Virus record (IMG/VR): IMGVR_UViG_3300027805_000002
Length of the DNA stretch: 60,176 nucleotides
Strand: one strand, 5' to 3'
Source: a virus
In this document: positions 34,601 through 43,600 of the stretch, one piece after another
Numbering within the stretch: the stretch's first letter is position 1
How the letters are laid out: each line of letters begins with the position of its first letter
The notes under the pieces: model-generated
Told to the model about the DNA's origin: nothing
Database searches by the model: none
What the model saw: the letters and a program-made list of their open reading frames with translations, nothing else
Position numbers and translations under genes: made by a program

Positions 34601-37600
34601 TGGCAAACCTCATCTCCTCCGACGAACAACTGTTTGGTGGGGGAGTCGCCCCCGCCCCGACCCGCAATCTGGGCGGCGGTGGGTCGCTCATCGGCTCGGA
34701 TGAGGACCTGTTCGGCCTATCTGCCATGCCGGCAGCGGCGCCAAAGAGGACGGCCCTCGGCACGCTCGGGGACGTCGCGAACGTCGCCGCCAAGGGCGTC
34801 ATCGGGGTGGGTGAGGGCGTTGTTGGTCTGGCCAACATTCCGACCTTTGGCTACGCCGGCAAGGCGATGGAGTCGATTGGGTACGACCCCAAGAGGTCAA
34901 GAGAGATCCTCAACGACCTACTCCAGTCTGACGCGCAGAAGGCCGCTCAGCAGGAGGTAGATGCCGCAGAGGGCTTCACCGGCACTGTCAAGACAGCCCT
35001 AGAGAACCCCTCCACGATCTTGACGGCAGCGGGCGAGTCCCTGCCGTCTATGTTCGCTGGCGGCGCGATAGCCAAGGGGCTCAAGGGCCTCACCAACCTT
35101 GGTGGCTTTGCCCGGGCTGCGATCGGCGAAGGTGCCATCTCTGGCGGCCAGACCGCGGAGCAGATCCGACAGCAGACTGAAGACGGCACGCTCAGCCTTG
35201 GGCAGACTGCGATTGCCGTAGGATCTGGTGCGCTCACGGGCCTGCTGGGGTATGCCGGCGGGAAGCTCGCAAGGCGTCTCGGGATCGACGACATCGACGC
35301 TGTGGTTGCCGGGGTCAACGCGTCTGGGGCTGCGGCGAAGAGGGGGCTTGCGACAAGAGTTCTTGGCGCGGCGGTGCAAGAGGGCGTGATCGAGGAACTT
35401 CCTCAGTCGGCTCAGGAGCAGATCGCCCAGAACATTGCGCTGGACCGTCCGTGGGACGAGGGCGTCGACAAGGCTGCGGCCATGGGCATGCTGGCCGGGG
35501 CAGCGACTGGTGGCGGCTTCCAGCTGATGCCTCAGGGGCGCAGTGATCAGCCCCGGCAGTCTGGTCGCTCGGCGGAATTTGTCTCCCAAGCTTTCACCGA
35601 CGTAGGTGGCGCTGGGCAGACGATGGACGAGCTTGGCCGAGCCAAGGGCGCTGTGGCCTTCGCGCTGGCCAACCTAAATGACGACGAGGCTGGGCAGATC
35701 ATCTCCTCTGTCTCTTCCGGCAACGAACAGCTGATGCAACAGCTGTCCGCCGCGAGGGCAGACGCAGCACTCATCTCTTCGGGTCGCCAGTTCGCTCAAG
35801 ACAACCCGATTCAGTTCGCCGCCGTCAGTGACATGCTGCGAGTGGACTCTGGCTTGAACGAGGCGGACCCCAGCGACTCGACCTCGGCGCTGATTTCTCA
35901 GGAACTCAGCCGGGCTTTCCCTAGCATCTACCAGCAGCAGACTCAACAGGGCCAACAGCCTCAGCCGCCGCAGCAGCCGGCTGTCGACCCGGCCGGCGTC
36001 ACCAACACCGCCGGGTTCATCCCGGAGCCCCTTGAGCAGATTCAGGCCCAGATCACCGCTGTGACTGAAGGCCGCAAGCCCGCCGTGGTCGTCGGCATCC
36101 AAGAGGCGCAGAACGCCAACTTTGGCGGCCTGAGCACCGGCATCGCCACTGACCCCAACACAGGTGAGCAGGCGGTCGTGGCTGCGGCGGACGACGCCAC
36201 AGTGCAGGCGGCTGTCACCCGGACCGCCGAGGTGGGGCTGGCCCAAGCCATGGGCGAGGTGCTCGGCTACACCCAGCCGGGTCTGACCCAGCAGCAGGTC
36301 CCGGCCGCCGTGGTCCAGCAGGTCGACAACAATAGCGGGCAGATCCTCAGCGAGGAGGCTGTCACCCCTGAAGCCGCGGCTTCCGTGAACCGGGTGCCGG
36401 GGACTACGGCGCGGGTTGTGACCCCCGAGCAGGCCCTGCAAAGCCGCATGGAGCGGACCTCAACAGCTGTTGTTCAGCCTGAATTGGCCTCTACAGAGCC
36501 GGATTCGGTTGTTTCGCCTGTCGCCCAAGAGCAAAACGCTGTTCCCGCCGACACCACAGCTGTTCTGCCGGAACCCACAGCTGTCAATTGGGCGGCCACC
36601 GGCAGGACGTCCGGGCTGGTCAGCCTGCTCAACCGCAGCAACGGCCTTCAGGATGGCTCACCGAACTCGATCGACCCGAGCTCGGTCCGCGAGGTGGACA
36701 TCCGCAGCGTCAAGGATCGCAAGCAGCGCCGGCAACTGGGCCAGCTGGCCAAGGCGGCCAAGCTTGCCTTCGGCGTCGACCTGATCTTGGTGGACACCCC
36801 GGCCGGCGCGGTCAAGCGCATGGACGGCTCGGACTTCAACCAGTTCAACGGCGTCGCCCTGCCTGAGTCCAAACAGCTGTTCCTGAACGTCCGCGCCGCG
36901 ACGCCCCTGAACACGCTGGGCCACGAGCTTGCCCACATCCTTGAGGTGCAGGCCGCAGAAACCTACGCCCGCCTCGAAGACACCATCCTGACCCGGGTCC
37001 GCTTCGGCGCCGCCAAGCGCCTCCAGACGGCGTTGCAGCAGGCTGTACAGGCCGAGTCTCAGGGCGCCGTCGACATCAACCAGCGGGTTGCCGAGCTACG
37101 GTCGGAACTGATCGCTGAGTCCATCGGTGAGCTGACGGCAGACCCCAAGCTTTGGCGCGACATCTTCCAAGGCATGGGCACGGACTCGGCTCAGGTCAAG
37201 TCCCTGTACGACACCGTCATCGAGGCGGTCGGCCGTTTGGCCAAGGCATTCACCCGTGTCGGCTACATCGATGGCCTGAAGGACATGCAGGCTGTCCGCC
37301 GGGCGATCACCGACGCCTATGTGTCGTGGAGCGCAGCCCAGCAGGGCGCAGCCCCGGCACAGGTAAGCGCGCAGTCCTCTGCCCCGCCCCCGCGGGAGGC
37401 GGCAAGGTTCGACCGGTTGCCGCAGAAGCGCTTCTCGCCAGACAACTTCCCCGTAACCCTGACCGATGACGATCCGCTTCTACGGGAGACGATCACCATC
37501 TCTGGGCGGGCGCGACAGGATTTGCGCCGGGGAATCGTCGACCAGCACTTCCAGAGCACCAGCCCCAACCAGTACGGCAGGCCGATCCTCTTCCTAATGG

Positions 37601-40600
37601 GTGGTGGCGGTGGCGCGGGCAAGACAACCGCCATGGCCAAGCTGGCAGGCGCTGGGGTGATCCCTGACACCTCCACAGCTGTCACCGTCAACGCCGACGA
37701 AATCAAGGAGATGATCCCTGAGTTCGGCAAGATCAAGTCGGTCGGCGACTGGCGGGCCGCAGTGACGGTCCACGAAGAGTCGTCCCTGCTGACCAAGGCG
37801 GTTCAGCTGCGGGCGATGGGCGCGGCGGCGGATCAGGTCGAAGAGTCCCTAAAGCCCTATCTGCCGACAGCCTCGTCCGGGAAATACAACCTCGTCATCG
37901 ACGGCACTATGGCTGATGAGAGGAAGGGCCTACGCCTAATCTCGGACGCCGTGGACCGCGGCTACCACGTCGTGATGATGGGGGTGATCACCAAGCCGTC
38001 TGACGCAGTGGCCAGAGCGAAGTCCAGAGGTGAGCGAAGCGGCAGGTTCGTGCCGAACGACATCCTGTTCAACGCCCATGCTGGCTTTCTGTCTGTCCTT
38101 CAGGCATACTCGAACGTATTAGGGACCAACCTCCACCTTGTGGACAACAGTGGCCCCCAGCCGGTGATGACGGCGTTTGATGACGCCGCAAAGGAGAAGA
38201 TCCGTGAGTACATCGCAGATGCCGGGCGAGGCGCAGAAGAGATCCGAGCCAGCCGCTCCGGCCGAGCAGCAGAACCCGCTGCTGGGCAGCCTAAATCAGG
38301 CGCTCAAGAACTTCAACAACGCACCACCCGAGGACTTCCAGAAGCTACTGCGCGAGATGCAGCGCAAGGAGGAAGAGAAGGGCAAGGGCAGTCCGCCGAT
38401 GGTCTGGCCCGAGGAGTAGTCAAGCTTAGCCGCGCCAACATTCAGAGGGCGGCGAGCGGGGACCAGTCTGCCTCCGCGATGGAGGTCATGGGCAAGGCGC
38501 CCGACTACCTCGCTCGTGTCGGCATCAACCGCGAAGCGCCTCTGGTCATCGAGGCCGACGTCATCTACAAGGTCGCCACCGGCAAGGGCTACACCGGGAC
38601 CGAGAAGCGCACGCCGCTGACGGTTGACCAAATCCAGCAGCTGCCGCAGCTGCTACGCAACCCCGCCGCAGTCTTCGACGACCCCACCGACAAGAACAGC
38701 GTCGTCGTGATGACGAGCCTTGTCGTGGATCAGTTTGATCCGGTGGTCATCGCCATCTCCAAGGACGCCAAGTCAAACCGGGTGGACATCGTTCGCGTGT
38801 CCGGCTCGATCGAGATGAACAAGGGCGCCTACTCCCCGATCAAGACGGCGTTCGGCAAGGAGTGGGACAAGTTTGAGTCGTGGATGCGCAAGGAGAACGT
38901 CCTGCGCTACATCAACCCGAAGAACATCGACGCCGCCGTGCAGGCAGGGATGCCGAAGAGGCTGGCCCGCTCTCTGCGCGAGGCGCAGATCCTGTCGAAG
39001 GGGAGGGCGTACGTAGAAGGAGGGACCGCGTCACTTGCCCAGATTGCCTATTCCCCCCAGCAGCGTGAGGTAGCTTCAGGCAGCAACCCGGGGAGCCTCC
39101 GTCAAGCCCCTCCAGCGAGTATTGTGGCACTACCCGCGGGTAGTGTCAACCCGGCCAGCGGTCGCAAGGTCCTTGGCAAGAAGGTGCTGGCGCAGCGGGT
39201 TCTGGACCGCAACCCGATCTACGACGCGCTTCCCGAGAACTTGCGGTCCGCCTCGGTGGTTGAGCCCCTATACCGCAACGGACCGCTGTTCGCCTTCCCG
39301 TCCAACGCCGGCAAGATCAACACCCGCATTGGCGCCTACCTAGAGGAGCGCACCAAGAAGGCCCTCGGCCGGGAGCTTGATGTTGCTGACCCCGAGGACC
39401 AGAAGCTTGTTGCGAAGATGGCGGCGGCTGAGGCGGTCGAGGCCATGATCCGCGACGAGAACGCGTCCGAGTGGTACGACGAGACGATGGTCAAGGCCTT
39501 CGAGCTTGCGGCCTTGGTGCATCCGGAGATCAAGACCGATCCGCGGGCCAAGAACGCGTTTGCCTTGGTGACCGCCATCACGAGTCAGGGCCTCAATGTT
39601 GAGGACAACATGGCTTCCTCGCTCGAAATCTACGAGCAGTGGGTGGCCAGCAGCAATGACGCCAACAAGCGGTCCTTCCCTGAGCGCGGCGTTGGTAAAT
39701 CGTCCGGCGCGATGGCGAACAACTTCAAGAAGGCCAACCGCCTCATCGACGAGATGGGCTGGGACGAGTTCATCTCGTTCATGAACAGTTCGTACTCGAA
39801 CCGGTTCATGGAGAAGGTCTTCCGCGGCAATGTCGGGGGCGAGGGTCAGGACAACATCGTCTATGGCTCGGGCATCTTCGGGGCCAAGATCGGCAACGGC
39901 TTCTTCCAGAACCTGATGGGCAACTTCAAGCCCATCACCATGGACATGTGGTTCAGCCGCACGATCGGCCGCCTGTCAGGCCGCGTGCGCGCCTTCACCA
40001 ACGAGTTGATGGCGGACCAGCTGGAGAAGCTGCGCGCCGCCTTCGTGGAGGGGGGCGACGCCACGCGGTCGCTTCAGCCCGAGAGCTTTGGTGACCTCAT
40101 CGACGAGGATCTATTCCTGTCCGACGATGACTACGCCATGGGGATAGCCGAGGAGATCCGCCTCGCGCACGAGAAGGACTACAAGGCCAACCGTGCTGGC
40201 TTCGACAACCGTACGCGGTTCAAGTCGGCGCTAGTCAACGCGGCCGAGGCTGTTTCTGATACCTTGTACGGCCTGCGCGACAGCCCCGAGGGAGCAGCCC
40301 ATCGGGATCAGCTGCGCCAGATCTCGCTGATGGCGATCGAGGAGATCCGCCAATCAACGGGCGTCAATGTTGAGCCAGCCGCGTTTCAGGCCCTGATCTG
40401 GTATCCGGAGCAGCGCCTGTACAGGAAGATGGGCGGCAAGCAGCGCGTCGTGGGTCAGGATTACGTCGGCGCGATCACCAAAGAACTTCTACGCCGGGGA
40501 GTCGGAATTGAAGAAATCGAAGCAACCAAGCGGGCCGTTTCAGAACAGCTCCGAGCAAGTCGTACACGACCGCAGGGAGAGGGAGATGCTGGAGGACGAC

Positions 40601-43600
40601 CCGAATCTGGACAAGATGGCGCAGCGGGTACGAGAAGCAATGAAGGCCGGGTTGTTCAAGAGTCAGCGCAAGAGTTCTCCGGACAAAACCTGATCTTCGA
40701 GGTCGCCCCTGACCCGGGCAACCAAGCTCTGACTGCTGCATGGAACAGCCTGCCCGCTGACAAGCGGCTGAAGATCAGCCAGAAGCTCGCCAAGCGCTAC
40801 AGCAAGAGGGTCCTGAGCGCCCTCGGCATGACCGGTGAAATGGTCTCGCAGATTGGCGGCTACATGGACTTCACCAACCCAAGCCTGACGATTCGTCTGG
40901 GCAAGGGGGGTGACCCGGTGTTGGCCGCCGGGATGCTGGGGCACGTGCTGTCGCAAGACTCCATGGTCGTCATCTCTGAGACCTCTTTCAAGGGCGGAGA
41001 ACTCACGGGCGCGGTTGAAATCGACGTGCCCGCAGACATCACTCTGGAGCAGGCCGACAAGCTCTATCAGGAACTGCGCAAGATCAAGGGCGCGGACGGC
41101 AACAGCCTTGTTGGCGGACACACCACCGCCTCAGGCAAGATGGCCATCCTCAATTACTCCGGCCTGAGTAATGAGGAGTTGGCGTCTCGCATTGACCGGC
41201 ATTTGGCCGGCGGCTACACTGTTCGATACAGAGACGTATTTGTCTCGTTCCCCGAAAAGCAGGACTACAACTATGCCGGTGATCAACGAGACAGGCCAAC
41301 CGCTGCCAGACGGCCATCCTTTCAAGGGGACGCGAATCGCCTTCGGGCAGCAGCCTCGTCCGACATCGAAGCCGAGCTCCGCTCCGCAGGCGTCAAGTTC
41401 TCCCGCACCCAAGGTGTTGCACGACTTGCAGAACCTGCCGGAGGACCCGGTACTGGGGGTGATCAGGGCCCGGGATCGGTACGCGGAGCAGTCCACTACG
41501 GACGATCAGGCTTCCTAAGCCAGCTGACGGGGTCGGCATTCGGCTCCGGCATCCGCGGGGCTGAACAGCAGCGGCTTTCTGAGCCCGGGGTCGACCCACG
41601 CATCAAGAAGCGGGTCTACTTCTACCTGCCGGCTGAAGGAGGCATTCCTCAGCCTGAGATCGGCCTTGGTTCGCACGTCTACGAGGCGGACCTGTCAAAC
41701 CTCTACGACCCGGAGTCAATGCCGGCCGTCAAAGGTCAAGGCAACGCACTTGAGTCGGCGATCCTTGATGCCGGCTACCGCGGGTACATCAACCGAGAGC
41801 AGGGCACAGCTGTTGTCCTGAATGAAGATGTGCCGGTGCAGTATCAAGGCACCCGTGACGGCAAGGTCGTCGTGCCCCGCCGCATCCAGCGGTTGGAGCC
41901 GAAGATCGCAACCCGGGAGGAGCGCGGTGAGTCGGTTCGCAAGGCTGACCAAGTCATCAGCCTGAAGGCCAAGGAGGCTGCGCAGGCCGCCGCCCCAAGC
42001 TTCCGCATGGAGTATGGCGAGGCGCGGGTCAAGACCAGAGAGAAGGACGCCGCCAACGCCGCCCTTGAGGCCGCAGGCTCCCAGTTCCGCTTCAGCCGCC
42101 CCCTCAAGGCCATGACCGTGCAGGAGGCGCTGGATATGGCGCGCACTGGTCAGCCCGCCTACACGCTAGGGGATGCGGTAGAGCGTGGGCAGTGGGCAGA
42201 GGCCTACCGGCTAGCCAAGAACCAACAGCAGCGCCAACAGCTGTTTGGTAGGCTCGGTGACTGGCTGATCGAGACCTTCGCTGACGCCATGATTCCGGTC
42301 AAGCGTTGGATCGATGCCTTGCCCTTGAGCGGCAGCCTGAAGCAGCGCCTCAGTGGCGACCTGTACCGGGCCGCGGCACTGCGCTCAACGATGCAGAAGG
42401 AACTGAAGCAGCAGTTCACCGAGCCCATGTTCCGCGCCATCGAGGCCGCCGCCAAGAGCAGCAAGCTCACGTCGGATCAGGTCAAGATGCTGGCCGGCTA
42501 CTGGATGTCGGCCAAGTACGCGCCCAAGGCTAACGCGTGGCTGATCACCAAGGACCGCACAGCACTCATTGCTGCCCAGCAGTCTGGCGATCCTACGGCG
42601 ATTGCCGAGGCTCAGAAAAGCCTCAACGACCGGCTCGCTGACGTCAACGGCGTGATCGGCGCAACACGGGCCCGCGGCGTGGCTGGTGGCTTCAACAACG
42701 CCGAGGCTGCGCAGATGGTGGCCGACGTCGAGAGCAAGATCAGTCGACAGCTGTTGGACGAGATCTCGTCGCACGTCTACGGGATGATGGCGTGGAAGCG
42801 CGCTCGCGACATCCGCTCTGGCAAGGTCAGTCAGACAGCTGTCAACAGCTGGCCGAACCACCGCGACTACGTGCCGCTTACGGGCGACCCGCGCTGGAGC
42901 CCGGAGTCGGATGACGTGTTCTCAACCGGCGGGGCCCTAAACCAAGAGGCCGACAAGGCGATCAACGGGCGCAAGGACAGTGTGGCTGATGACGCCATCG
43001 ATGCGGCCTTCACAGCTGTGGTGAAGTCGGTCAACTTCAGCGCGATGCAGGACTTCAAGCGCTCATTGGCGAGGGCCTACAACGAGGCTGCGGCGCAAGG
43101 CGTCGACATCGGCCTCAAGCGCGAGCCCGTCACCGGGATCATCCGCCCCGGCGATGACGTGGTCATCCACCGAGACACCTACACCGCCCCTAACGGGCTG
43201 CAAAGCTCACAGGCGGTGGCCTACCGGTTCGACGACAAGGCCGTCATCGGGGCCCTAAAGAAGGAGAACATCGAAACCACGAACGCCCTGCTCAGCACAG
43301 TCTCCACTCCGACACGGTGGTACGGCCGGCTGGTCACACAGTTCATGCCGATGTTCGCCCCGATCAACCTTGTGCGCGACGTCTGGGAGCGGTCTGAGCT
43401 TGTCCGCACCCGCAAGCTGCTGGATCGCAATGGCCAGCAGATCGACACCGACCGGGTGGCCAGAGCAGCGATCGCCGAGACCATCAACCCGCGCCTGTGG
43501 AAGGCCAGCTTTGCCTCGAACTTCAACCGTGCCGGCCAAAGCCCGGAGCGGGCGGATCTGGAGGAAATGATCAGGCTGGGCGGCTCATCGGTCTGGGGCG

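Noticed and set aside
38219-41518. A CGA-G context at each main-frame to +1-frame transition as a programmed frameshift signal
   Set aside because: Any +1-frame xxC-GAG codon pair automatically creates a main-frame CGA. CGA recurs throughout the islands, so it is not evidence for a specific slippery site.
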